Shown one piece after another: positions 14,615 to 28,440 of a DNA stretch of 64,000 nucleotides. The translations under genes were made by a program, and so were the position numbers. The notes beneath the pieces were generated by a model, which worked only from the letters and a program-made list of their open reading frames with translations, searched no databases and was not told the DNA's origin. The stretch comes from Eledone cirrhosa (Eukaryota). How positions within the stretch are numbered: the stretch's first letter is position 1; every line of letters starts with the position of its first letter. The stretch is taken from positions 37,014,001-37,078,000 of the forward strand of contig OZ024759.1 in NCBI GenBank assembly GCA_964016885.1. The letters are read 5' to 3'.

Positions 14615-14722
14615 TTCCCACCGAGGTTAACTTTGCCTTTCATCCTTCCGGGTTCGATAAAATAAAGTACCAGTAATACACTGGAATAATTGCTGGCCTT
14701 GTGCCAAAAGTAGAAACAATTA
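14615..14722 (+). mobile_element. 5'-truncated SINE-1
   Basis: CCGAGGTTAACTTTGCCTTTCATCC...AAGTACCAGTAATACACTGG...GGCCTTGTGCCAAAAGTAGAAACAATT. Confidence 0.88.
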
Positions 14723-14848
14723 TCGTTAAAGATTTGATGTAAAAAAACTTGCCGTCTTGTAATGTCCCATTTTTGTACGCCCCTGTGTCAAATAAAGGAA
14801 TATATCTATCTATCTATCTATCTATCTACTTGCCTATCTACCTACCTA

Positions 14849-15320
14849 ACTTCCTCTGTACAGTGGCTATGGTGAAAGAGGTTATATGGTGGACGAGATT
14901 GAGAGGACTGAAGACAGATGCCTTTCTCTCCGGACAACAACTCATTCCCTTCTTTAGGTACCACTTTAGAAGGAGAATCAGAGTGGAAAGAGAGGTACTG
15001 CACCCCAGTAAATTTACTGAAAGGTGGGTGAATGTGGCAAGAATGGCCCGAGTGATTGGGCCTTCTCTGTTTATAAACCTGTAGGTCAAAGAAGAGAGCA
15101 AAAGGAAGAAAGGAGAACTTGCACAACACGTTCCTGGAGTTGAGGGTTGTTCTATCTACGGGGTATTAAACAACCCATTTGTGGCGCCGCCCCCCTATTG
15201 AGGATTTCGACTGTTATAATTGTTTTTTTATATTTTTTTACACGACTGTATGTAAAATCCCCGACATGTCTTTGTATTGTCCCCTTTTCTTGTGCACCCT
15301 TGTGGCTAATAAAGAAATAT
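14849..15320 (+). mobile_element. Tx1/L1-clade LINE, 5'-truncated 3' end (a separate tail-only copy precedes it at about 14748-14803)
   Basis: Encodes FLCTVAMVKEVIWWTRLRGL...FFRYHFRRRIRVERE, homologous to the 40468-40914 ORF. The 3' UTR ends GTGGCTAATAAAGAAAT and is flanked by (CTAT)n. Confidence 0.88.
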
Positions 15321-15591
15321 ATCTATCTATCTGTCTGTCTGTCTGTCTCTGTTCCTCACTTTATGTATCAATCTCATTTACTATCTGTCTGTTTATCTCT
15401 CTCTCTTTCATTTTCCCGCCCCTCCCCCTCTCTCTCTTTATTTACTTATCCATTTCAGTGCCACTATGTCTGTGACCATATGTGTATATTTATATACATA
15501 TATACTCTCTAGCCTTTTCACAAACACACACACATACATTGCTTTATGAATATAGACACTTACAGATAGATATTAAACAACACAGGCACAC

Positions 15592-15723
<132 letters not shown>

Positions 15724-15802
15724 AAACAAATGCCACATGTTATAGGTGAGACTAAGTGTTCTCTATCGCAAGTGAAGTCGTTATAAACAAAACATGTTTC
15801 AC

Positions 15803-16665
15803 AACCCTACATCTAACTACATACACAGCTAACCCTACATCTAACTATATACACAGCTAACCATATATCTAACTACATACACAGCTAACCCTACATCTAA
15901 CTATATACACAGCTAACCCTACATCTAACTATATACACAGCTAACCCTACATCTAACTATATACACAGCTAACCATACGTCTAACTATATACACAGCTAA
16001 CCCTACATCTAACTATATACACAGCTAACCATATATCTAACTATATACACAGCTAACCATATATCTAACTATATACACAGCTAAGCCTACATCTAACTAT
16101 ATACACAGCTAACCCTACATCTAACTATATACACAGCTAACCATACATCTAACTATATACACAGCTAACCCTACATCTAACTATATACACAGCTAACCAT
16201 ACGTCTAACTATATACACAGCTAACCCTACATCTAACTATATACACAGTTAACCATATATCTAACTATATACACAGCTAACCCTACATCTAACTATATAC
16301 ACAGCTAACCATACATCTAACTATATACACAGCTAACCATACATCTAACTATATACACAGCTAACCCTACATCTAACTATATACACAGCTAACCCTACAT
16401 CTAACTATATACACAACTAACCCTACATCTAACTATATACACAGCTAACCATACATCCAACTATATACACAGCTAACTATATATCTAACTATATACACAG
16501 CTAACCATATATCTAACTATATACACAGCTAACCATACGTCTAACTATATACACAGCTAACCATACGTCTAACTATATACACAGCTAACCATATATCTAA
16601 CTATATACACAGCTAACCATATATCTAACTATATACACAGCTAACCATACATCTAACTATATATA
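15803..16665. repeat. 28-bp minisatellite, about 31 copies
   Basis: Unit AACC(C/A)TACATCTAACTATATACACAGCT. Confidence 0.97.
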
Positions 16666-16692
16666 CACATATATAGATATATAAAGTAGTTT

Positions 16693-16784
<92 letters not shown>

Positions 16785-17129
16785 GATATATATACACACA
16801 CACGTATTTATATGTATATATTCATACATATGTGTGTGTGTTTTCTACCTACTGACAACAATCCTGCTGAAACCATGATGTATTTACCTGTTTATCTCCC
16901 TAATTACATACCTTAATTATCTCGTTCCCTCTCTCGCTATCTCTGCCCGCATCTCTTTATACATCTATCTATTAATACTTACAGACATGCGTATATACAC
17001 ACATATATGCATACATATATACATACATACAAGCAAAAATTCATACATAAATATAGACATACATAGATTCATACCTATATATATACATAGAATATATATG
17101 GGACCACTTGAGTTAATTAAATTTCCAAA

Positions 17130-18459
17130 TGTATATATATATATGTGTATATATATACATATATGTATATGTATATATATACATATATATATATATTATA
17201 TATATTATATATTATATTATATTATATTTTATATATATATTATATATATATATATTATATTATATATATTATATTATATATATATATATATATATATTTT
17301 ATATATATATATATATATATTATATTATATATATATATATTATATTATATATATATATATTATATTATATATATATATATTATATTATATATATTATATA
17401 TATATATTATATTATATATATATATATATTATATTATATATATATATATATTATATTATATATATATATTATATTATATATATATATATATATATATTAT
17501 ATTATATATATATATATTATATTATATATATATATTATATTATATATATATATATATATATTATATTATATATATATATATTATATTATATATATATATA
17601 TTATATTATATATATATATTATATATATATATTATATTATATATATTATATTATATATATATATTATATTATATATATATATATATTATATATATATATA
17701 TATTATATATATATATATATTATATTATATATATATATTATATTATATATATATATTATATTATATATATATATTATATTATATATATATATTATATTAT
17801 ATATATTATATTATATATATATATATATATTATATTATATATATATATTATATTATATATATATTATATTATATATTGGCAGTATCGGTAGAGGGTCGGA
17901 CGCCATGCTTTCCAGCATAGTTACGTCCCTTTACGATCTGAGTTCAAATCCCGCCGAGGTTGACTTTGCCTTTCATCCTTACGGGGTCGATAAAATAAAG
18001 TACCAGTAATGCACTGAGTAATTGGTGGCCTTGTGCCTAAAGTAGAAACAATTATATATATATATATATATATATTATATTATATATATATATTATATTA
18101 TATATATATATTATATATATATATATATTATATATATATATATATTATATATATATATTATATATTATATTATATATATATATTATATATTATATTATAT
18201 TATATTATATATATATTATATTATATTATATATATATATATATTATATTATATATATATATATATATATATATTATATTATATATATATATTATATATAT
18301 ATTATATTATATATATTATATTATATATATATATTATATATATATTATATTATATATATTATATTATATATATATATTATATATATATTATATTATATAT
18401 ATATATTATATATATATTATATTATATATATTATATTATATATACATATATATATATAT

Positions 18460-18493
<34 letters not shown>

Positions 18494-18579
18494 ATTATAT
18501 TATATATATTATATTATATATATTATATTATATATATTATATTATATATATATATATATATATATTATATTATATATAT

Positions 18580-18616
<37 letters not shown>

Positions 18617-18842
18617 TATATATATATATATATTATATTATATATATTATATTATATATATATATATTATATTATATATATATTATATTATATATATATT
18701 ATATTATATATATATTATATTATATATATATATATATTATATTATATATATTATATTATATATATATATATTATATTATATATATATTATATTATATATA
18801 TATTATATTATATATATATTATATTATATATATATATTGTAT

Positions 18843-18875
<33 letters not shown>

Positions 18876-18971
18876 ATATATATATTATATATATATTATA
18901 TATATATTATATATATTATATATATATTATATATATATTATATATATATTATATATATATTATATATATAT
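17130..18971. repeat. Large (TA/TTA) microsatellite interrupted by a SINE
   Basis: Direct reading; almost 100% A+T apart from 17877-18053. Confidence 0.97.
17877..18053 (+). mobile_element. Near-complete SINE-1 copy
   Basis: A box TGGCAGTATCGGT, B box GAGTTCAAATCC, full body and tail GTGCCTAAAGTAGAAACAATT. Confidence 0.9.
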
Positions 18972-19200
18972 GAAATATATAAGAACCGTAGAACAAATAT
19001 TTATTAAAATAACAGATTAAAGTTTAAACAAAGAAACGCTGCTTTCACCCTTAACGGGATCTTCTGAAACTAACAAAGTCAACGTTTTTTGAAATATCCA
19101 CTTCTGCGTTCACAGATTGACTTTGTTAGTTTCAGAAGATCCCGTTAAGGGTGAAAGCAGCGATTCTTTGTTTAAACTTTAATCTGTTATTTATATAAAT
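18972..19200. mobile_element. Head-to-head inverted pair of Penelope-like pseudo-LTR fragments (family B)
   Basis: Arms 19007-19082 and 19117-19192 (76 bp, 1 mismatch) around a 34-nt spacer. The left arm extends into the family B tail also seen at 24340, 38852 and 63450. Confidence 0.75.
19128..19178 (+). ncRNA. Variant type I hammerhead (CAGAAGA core), family B; mirror copy on minus strand 19021-19071
   Basis: Stem I AGTTT/AAACT, CAGAAGA (19133-19139), stem II CCC/GGG, GAAA (19153-19156), stem III GCAG/TTGT, TTT triplet. Confidence 0.6.
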
Positions 19201-19518
19201 ATATAGATAGATGGATATCTATGTATCATTCTGTGAATAGTATTTATGCATATACCTGTATCTTAAAGTGCATGTGTTTGTGTGTGTGTTTGAATATGTG
19301 TGTGTGTATGTCTAGGTTTGTTTGTATGTAGTATATGTGTGTGTTTCTATCGGTGCTAGTGCACGCGTAATAACCAAAGAAAATCTACCTATACATGCAT
19401 TCATATTTACCTTTTTGTCTCTGTGTAACTATATTTCTGTGTGTACTCTGTCTACCTGTATGTATATGCAGTATTGTCTACCTGTATGTATGTGTATCTT
19501 CATGTGTGTCTGTTTGTG

Positions 19519-21463
19519 AGTGCAGTGTTGTTACCTGTCTGTGTGTGCAGTGTTGTTACCTGTCTGTGTGTGCAGTGTTGTTACCTGTCTGTGTGTGCAG
19601 TGTTGTTACCTGTCTGTGTGTGCAGCGTTGTTACCTGTCTGTGTGTGCAGTGTTGTTACCTGTCTGTGTGTGCAGTGTTGTTACCTGTCTGTGTGTGCAG
19701 TGTTGTTACCTGTCTGTGTGCAGTGTTGTTACCTGTCTGTGTGTGCAGTGTTGTTACCTGTCTGTGTGTGCAGTGTTGTTACCTGTCTGTGTGTGCAGTG
19801 TTGTTACCTGTCTGTGTGTGCAGCGTTGTTACCTGTCTGTGTGTGCAGCGTTGTTACCTGTCTGTGTGTGCAGCGTTGTTACCTGTCTGTGTGTGCAGTG
19901 GTGTTACCTGTCTGTGTGTGCAGCGTTGTTACCTGTCTGTGTGTGCAGCGGTGTTACCTGTCTGTGTGTGTAGTGGTGTTACCTGTCTGTGTGTGCAGTG
20001 GTGTTACCTGTCTGTGTGTGCAGTGGTGTTACCTGTCTGTGTGTGCAGTGTTGTTACCTGTCTGTGTGTGCAGTGTTGTTACCTGTCTGTGTGTGCAGTG
20101 GTGTTACCTGTCTGTGTGTGCAGTGGTGTTACCTGTCTGTGTGTGCAGCGTTGTTACCTGTCTGTGTGTGCAGTGTTGTTACCTGTCTGTGTGTGCAGTG
20201 TTGTTACCTGTCTGTGTGTGCAGTGTTGTTACCTGTCTGTGTGTGCAGTGTTGTCACCTGTCTGTGTGTGCAGTGGTGTTACCTGTCTGTGTGTGCAGTG
20301 TTGTCACCTGTCTGTGTGTGCAGCGTTGTTACCTGTCTGTGTGTGCAGTGGTGTTACCTGTCTGTGTGTGCAGTGGTGTTACCTGTCTGTGTGTGCAGTG
20401 GTGTTACCTGTCTGTGTGTGCAGTGGTGTTACCTGTCTGTGTGTGCAGTGGTGTTACCTGTCTGTGTGTGCAGTGGTGTTACCTGTCTGTGTGTGCAGTG
20501 TTGTCACCTGTCTGTGTGTGCAGTGTTATCACCTGTCTGTGTGTGCAGTGTTGTCACCTGTCTGTGTGTGCAGTGGTGTTACCTGTCTGTGTGTGCAGTG
20601 GTGTTACCTGTCTGTGTGCAGTGGTGTTACCTGTCTGTGTGTGCAGTGGTGTTACCTGTCTGTGTGTGCAGTGGTGTTACCTGTCTGTGTGTGCAGTGTT
20701 GTCACCTGTCTGTGTGTGCAGTGTTGTTACCTGTCTGTGTGTGCAGTGTTGTCACCTGTCTGTGTGTGCAGTGTTCTCACCTGTCTGTGTGTGCAGTGGT
20801 GTTACCTGTCTGTGTGTGCAGTGGTGTTACCTGTCTGTGTGTGCAGCGTTGTTACCTGTCTGTGTGTGCAGTGGTGTTACCTGTCTGTGTGTGCAGTGTT
20901 GTTACCTGTCTGTGTGTGCAGTGGTGTTACCTGTCTGTGTGTGCAGTGGTGTTACCTGTCTGTGTGTGCAGCGTTGTTACCTGTCTGTGTGTGCAGTGGT
21001 GTTACCTGTCTGTGTGTGCAGCGTTGTTACCTGTCTGTGTGTGCAGTGGTGTTACCTGTCTGTGTGTGCAGTGGTGTTACCTGTCTGTGTGTGCAGTGGT
21101 GTTACCTGTCTGTGTGTGCAGCGTTGTTACCTGTCTGTGTGTGCAGCGGTGTTACCTGTCTGTGTGTGCAGTGGTGTTACCTGTCTGTGTGTGCAGTGGT
21201 GTTACCTGTCTGTGTGTGCAGTGGTGTTACCTGTCTGTGTGTGCAGTGGTGTTACCTGTCTGTGTGTGCAGTGGTGTTACCTGTCTGTGTGTGCAGTGGT
21301 GTTACCTGTCTGTGTGTGCAGTGGTGTTACCTGTCTGTGTGTGCAGTGTTGTTACCTGTCTGTGTGTGCAGTGGTGTTACCTGTCTGTGTGTGCAGTGGT
21401 GTTACCTGTCTGTGTGTGCAGTGGTGTTACCTGTCTGTGTGTGCAGTGTTGTTACCTGTCTGT
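19519..21463. repeat. 25-bp minisatellite, about 78 copies
   Basis: Unit GTGCAG(T/C)G(T/G)TGT(T/C)ACCTGTCTGTGT; it accounts for the 500-680 aa Cys/Val ORFs. Confidence 0.98.
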
Positions 21464-21646
21464 CAATCTAAAATCACTCAAGTAAATTAATCTCTAGAAA
21501 TTCGCTTCACGTTGCCGAGCCGCCGCTAGCAACCACCACCACCACCTCCACAACAAACACGACAACCACCACCACCACCAGCGTCACTATCACCACAACA
21601 AACACCACAAACACCACACCACCACCGCCGCCACCACCACATACAC

Positions 21647-22745
<1,099 letters not shown>

Positions 22746-23162
22746 CATGCATATGAAATTATGTACACGCACACATATGCTTATACGTACGTATAGACAT
22801 ACATACATAATTTAAAGCGAAAATCGGCTCCAGGCCCTCCCTATGACACTCGACCCACCCCTTTTCCCCCGCAACGTTCGTCTCCACCCCTATTTTACAC
22901 ATAATGTAACCCAACTCTCCCTGAGTGTGGTCCTCGTTGATTGACAACTCAATATAAGAGAACACCCGCTAACAACTCACATTCCAACCACGCAACGAGA
23001 GCACCCCTACCTAGTCTCTCCATATGTTAGAAAAAACAGACAAGATTACTAGAAGGCTTTTTACACTGCTGACGGAAGTCTTAGGGACACCCTCGCGATA
23101 CACGGCATGAATTAGGTATTCGCTACCTGGCGAAGTGAATCTCAATTCAGGTGGGAACTTAA

Positions 23163-23453
23163 CCCTTTAGCATTTAAACAGGCCGTATCCGGCCACAATT
23201 CTTTCACCTCTTTCTGTGAAAGCTGGCGATAACCGGCTGCTTATACCAACATTAAGGTATTGTTCTCAAAATAAATAATATCAAAACCTCATAGATTCCA
23301 TATTATGAGATAATTATGTGAGGTAAGGCCTTTACTGTGAAAATACAATAGTATATATAGAGTAATGTAAATGTTACGTGAGATATAATGTGAGGTAAAG
23401 CCTTTACTGTGAAAATACAATAGTATATATAGAGTAATGTAAATGCTAAAGGG
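23163..23453. mobile_element. piggyBac-type (TTAA) MITE, copy 1
   Basis: TTAA|CCCTTTAGCATTTA...TAAATGCTAAAGGG|TTAA with an internal 73-bp duplication (23306 and 23379). A homologous copy lies at 47907 in opposite orientation. Confidence 0.9.
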
Positions 23454-23469
23454 TTAAATGGTTTCTTGT

Positions 23470-23740
23470 AGTGACTGCTACAGACCCCGAAAGAATGAAA
23501 TATAAAATTAATTTCGGAAAGATTTGAACTCAGGGATGTGCAGACCAAATACAAAGACATTCAATATGGCGGTCTAACAAGTCCGCCATTTTGACAGTCA
23601 TGTTAGAAATACCAGCCAATTTCCTTCCTGTGTGTTGTGGTTTAGAGTGCTTCACTAGCGATAGAATAGCCGTGAGTTCAATACCAAGATAAGGGGTGAT
23701 GTTCTCTTCTGGAATAGGAAGCGATATTTCACATTGGTTT
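23470..23740. mobile_element. Diverged SINE fragments (SINE-1 minus strand about 23470-23590; tRNA-headed SINE plus strand about 23625-23740)
   Basis: GACCCCGAAAGAATGAAA...GATTTGAACTCAG, then TGTGGTTTAGAGTG...GAGTTCAATACC. Confidence 0.55.
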
Positions 23741-23960
23741 CCTTGATAGGACTCAATACTCTAGAATGAAATCACACAAGAATCCCATGCATTGCAACGA
23801 CCAGCTAAACATACATAGTCGTGAGCTATAATTTTACACATACACACCCATGTATATATATATGTACGTATGTGCATATATATATGTGTATGGATATATA
23901 TTAATATATATGTCTGTATATATATATACACATATATATATCTAGGGCGGGTAAAATTCC

Positions 23961-24002
<42 letters not shown>

Positions 24003-24015
24003 GCATATCTATATA

Positions 24016-24093
24016 CAGGGTGACCCCAAAAATTGTATACACATTTTTATTAGAATGCTGTTGGAGTGTGTATGCGTTTTGGGGGACAGCCAG
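24016..24093. mobile_element. Tc1/mariner-type MITE, copy 3 (internally deleted)
   Basis: TA|CAGGGTGACCCCAAAAATTGTATACAC...GTGTGTATGCGTTTTGGGGGACAGCCAG|TA. Confidence 0.8.
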
Positions 24094-24125
24094 TATTTGT
24101 ACTTATGTATATATATATACTTTTC

Positions 24126-24166
<41 letters not shown>

Positions 24167-24170
<4 letters not shown>

Positions 24171-24331
24171 CGAAACATAAGTCAATTGCATGAACACATA
24201 ATCCTTTATTTACTGTTATATATATTTCGATGATAGCCATTGAATGGATATGACCTCATCAGGCAGTTAGTCAGTTCTTAGATATGCCAGCTCTGTGTTT
24301 CTGGTGTTGATGGTATCGGAGCCTTGGGACA
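24167..24331 (-). mobile_element. Hammerhead-containing Penelope-like pseudo-LTR, family C
   Basis: Reverse complement of 49764-49928 with few differences. Minus-strand ACTGC-CTGATGA-stem II-GAAA-TATATATA at about 24212-24267; the 3' end abuts (TA)n. Confidence 0.75.
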
Positions 24332-24339
24332 AATATATA

Positions 24340-24430
24340 TATTTATTGCTCTACGGTTCTTATATATTTGATATATATTTATCCTTATCGAGCCCTCTTT
24401 GGATTTTAGTCTTCACATTTATTATTATTA
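24340..24430 (+). mobile_element. Family B 3' tail
   Basis: TTGCTCTACGGTTCTTATATATTTGATATATATTTATCCTTATCGAGCCCTCTTTGGATTTTAGTCTTC, nearly identical to 38863-38950. Confidence 0.75.
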
Positions 24431-24854
24431 CTATATATATATATATATGTACGTTATATATATATATATATGTACGTTATATATATATATATATATACTC
24501 TCACTGGTGGCAGCCACCAGGCTGTGGCCATGCTGGGGCACCACCATGACGTCTATCTTCAAACCCTAGTGTGCTCAAGTATGCATTTGATGTATGAGAA
24601 TAGCGAACAACGCCATTTTTTTCTCATTCGTGTCTCCATGTCGCGCTGTAGCCTCGTCAAGGATCGTGCTTATACATATACACACATATATTATATATAT
24701 ATACACACATATATTATATATATATATATATATACATATACATACATTCCATGTGTGCAGATTATGCATATTTGATTATAGTTTATTTTATGTTGTGCAG
24801 ATTTTCCTAAAAAGTATATATATACACATACATAAATACGTACACATATATATA

Positions 24855-24900
<46 letters not shown>

Positions 24901-24940
24901 GTATATGTATAGATATATATACATATATATATATATGCAG

Positions 24941-24991
<51 letters not shown>

Positions 24992-25006
24992 CATGCAGTA
25001 TATTAT

Positions 25007-25044
<38 letters not shown>

Positions 25045-25610
25045 TATATATACAGGCAGCCTCTCACACATATATAGCTGTCGTTTAAAGAGATGTTTTA
25101 AAACTACATAAAAAGATAGTTAAGTTGGTTTTAAAGTACTTTATTTATTTTATGTCTTCCCATCTATGAATATTTTATGGTTGCTTGCATGCCTGTCAGT
25201 ACATAAACACACGTGTGTGTAGATACACGTGTGTGTGTAGATACGTGTGTGTGTTTGTGCGTGTTTGTGTTTGTGTGTTTGTGTATGCTTTGTTTGTGTG
25301 TGTATGGGTGGATGGATATCTATTTATATATATATGTGTCTACATGCGTGTGAACATACATATATATATATGTGTGTGTGTGTGTGTGTATATATATACA
25401 TGTATATATGTATGTATATTTATATGTGTGAATATATACGTATGTATATATGTGTGTGTGCGTATATATATATTTATATAATGCATGTATGTATGTATGT
25501 ATGTATATATGCATGTACGTATTTAATATATATGTGAGTATATATATATATATATATATGTATATGTATGTGTGTGTGCCAATATACAGAGACGCATGCA
25601 TAACTAAAGC

Positions 25611-25664
<54 letters not shown>

Positions 25665-25924
25665 CCTATATGTTTAAATATAACATCTCTCTGTTACAAT
25701 ATGATTAAATATAATTTATCTATGTTATATATATGATTAACTGTATTTAGTCTCCTTGTTAAGTAGTGTTGATTTAACCGGCTTTGTTGAATATATTCTG
25801 TGTATATATAAATGATAGGCGTAATTACTGCCTCTAATTGCTTGTCGCGCTTCCTTCCTCTCTTATACACACACACACACACACTCTCTCTCTCTCTCTC
25901 TCTCTCTATAATGGAAAAATTTGA

Positions 25925-26115
25925 ACAGGAACAAAACAGAGAGGCAGTACAACGAATGTTTATTAATTTCACGCTCTGGAGAGTGGGGTGATGGTGGGGA
26001 ACGACGTTTCGGGCATAAGCCCTTCCTCAGGTGAGAAGTGTGTGGGAACATAGTTCAATGGGTGTGTAGGGGAGTGGTGGAGAGACATATAGCGAAAGGA
26101 AACGGTGCGAATGAA
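25925..26115 (-). mobile_element. Penelope-like terminus with minimal hammerhead (core 26003-26030)
   Basis: Minus strand CTGAGGA-A-GGGC-TTAT-GCCC-GAAA-CGTC followed by AATAAA, the minimal-hammerhead layout of Penelope/Poseidon-type pseudo-LTRs. Confidence 0.7.
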
Positions 26116-26132
26116 ATATATATATGTATATC

Positions 26133-26165
<33 letters not shown>

Positions 26166-26181
26166 ATATATATACATTCGC

Positions 26182-26290
26182 GAAGGCGTGTGGCTGATTG
26201 GTTAGAGAACTAAATTCGTAATCATGAGGTTATCAGTTCGATTCCTGGTCAGGGCGATGTGTTATGTTTCCTCAGTCGATTCACAAACTT
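26182..26290 (+). mobile_element. tRNA-headed SINE 5' part (SINE-2)
   Basis: A box TGGCTGATTGG and B box AGTTCGATTCC. Confidence 0.7.
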
Positions 26291-26317
26291 ACATATATAT
26301 ATATATATAAATGTACT

Positions 26318-26349
<32 letters not shown>

Positions 26350-26414
26350 ATATATATATATACTTATATATAATATATATATACTTATATATAATATATA
26401 TATACTTATATATA

Positions 26415-26531
26415 TATGTTGATGCCCTAAGGACAGGCACTGGTCTCTTGGAGACGCAGGACATGGCAGCAATAATGAGGGGCCGCTGGAGAGAACTCGT
26501 CCATAGATCTCGGGAATTTTACTCGCCCTAG
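26415..26531 (+). mobile_element. RTE-like LINE extreme C-terminus
   Basis: YVDALRTGTGLLETQDMAAIMRGRWRELV resembles the Y.D.L..DTGL....L...M.DR..W end of RTE-group ORFs. Confidence 0.6.
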
Positions 26532-26803
26532 ATATATATATATATATATGGGGGGGGGGGGCTTTGCAATATAAGGTCGCATATCTGATCTGATCGATAT
26601 GCAAATAATTGTTATATGATATATTAAATATGTAAGAGAGAATTACAGGGACAGTTAAAGAGAGAGATGATAGAGTGTGTGTGAATAAGGGAAGAGAATA
26701 ATATCCACCATGTATTTCATTAAGTGTAAATCCAAAATATCTTCCTTTGTATTTCCCGCCTTTCGTTCTACTGCTGTAATGGCGGATCTCTTACCTGACT
26801 AGC

Positions 26804-26838
<35 letters not shown>

Positions 26839-27126
26839 GCGCGCGCAGACACACACACACATACATACACAGACACAGACAGACGCACATACACAGACAC
26901 AGACAGACGCGCACACACATACACAGACACACACATACACAGACACACACATACATAGACACATACATATACACATACACACATACACACACACAGACGC
27001 AGACACACACACACACATACGCAGACACACACACATACATACACATACACACATACACAGACACACAGAGAAAGAGAGAGAGATTTCAACATTATATTTA
27101 AGTCTCTCTTTTTCTCCATATATATA

Positions 27127-27162
<36 letters not shown>

Positions 27163-27379
27163 TGTGTGTGTGTAGCTATATGTGTGTGTGTGTGTAGCTA
27201 TATGTATGTATATGTATGTATATATATTTCTCTTTCTATATATACATGTATGTGTTCATGTATATATATATATATATATATATATAATTTAAATGTGTGT
27301 TTATGTAGCTATATATATGTATATATATATTATATATATATATAATTTAAATGTGTGTGTGTGTAGTTATGTGTAAGTA

Positions 27380-27495
<116 letters not shown>

Positions 27496-27837
27496 ATTAT
27501 ATATATATGTGTGTGTGTGTGTATGCTAATATATGTTTGTATAATTTATCGTCTATCTCTCCGTCTATCTAATTTTATCTGTCTATCAATTTGCCTCGAC
27601 CACAATGCCGTATATCATCCTCCCCGCTATCCCCCTCCTTCTTCTTCCTATCCCCCTCCTTCTTCTCCCTATCCTGTACCTTTCCTCCTACCACCACCTA
27701 ATCTCATTAGACACTGAAGTATGGAAAGAATTTGTATATATTTATAATGTCGTGTTTAGAGGTGTTTGTGGAAAACACACGTGAATACAGAGACGCATAC
27801 TCTTATTAAAGGAAAAACAACTTGCAAACATACCAAC

Positions 27838-27897
<60 letters not shown>

Positions 27898-27937
27898 TAC
27901 ATAGAAACAGAGGCCACGTACCGTTCCTCTCCGACAG

Positions 27938-27990
27938 GGCTTCCTAATGATTTCTCCCGAATGAAACAGTTCTAGTCCTTAAGGACCTTT
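27938..27990 (+). ncRNA. Degenerate hammerhead, family A
   Basis: GGCTTC-CTAATGA-T-TTC-TCCC-GAA-T-GAAA-CAGTTCTAGTCCT, with a G5A core change. Confidence 0.55.
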
Positions 27991-28388
27991 ATTGAAGGAC
28001 TATAGATTGAGACAGATAAGGATCAAACCTTAGCTCAAATAGGTTCAATATACAGGAATTCCTTTCATTTACGAAGCTCCCTTTTAGCCTTTGTACAGGT
28101 CCTATAGGTTTAGTTAAACAAGAGTTAATCCTTAACTCAGATAGGTTGAACATGTAATAAATCCCCTTATACCTAAGATATCTTTAAGGGCCGGTGTAGA
28201 GAATGGAAAATGAAGGGAGACAGAGCCAATGTTTGGCATAGTTTTTAAGTAGGGAGAGGGGAAGGAAACTCCTGCAATTTCTAACCAGCACCACACCATC
28301 CGCACCACACTCTTTCTGTCAATTACCCTTCCTTCCATGAACCCTTAATTACTGTTGGGGAAGAGGTGAAAGGTGGGACATATATATG

Positions 28389-28439
<51 letters not shown>

Positions 28440-28440
<1 letters not shown>

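Noticed and set aside
14908-14930. CTGAAGA (also CTGAGGA at 40557 minus, CTGATGA at 28639 and 56770, CTGAAGA at 63127) as hammerhead cores
   Set aside because: No stem II-GAAA-stem III arrangement follows; the first three lie in LINE or SINE sequence.
17877-17955. tRNA-like A and B boxes
   Set aside because: Head of a multi-copy SINE; no acceptor stem or cloverleaf.
19395-21490. 500-680 aa Cys/Val-rich ORFs in all three plus frames
   Set aside because: Translations of a stop-free 25-bp tandem unit; open in every frame, no domain.
26785-26812. Minus-strand (GT)n-TTTTGCTAG-TCAG-GTAAG microexon
   Set aside because: A 4-nt frame-shifting exon with no supporting neighbouring exons; chance at a microsatellite edge is likely.
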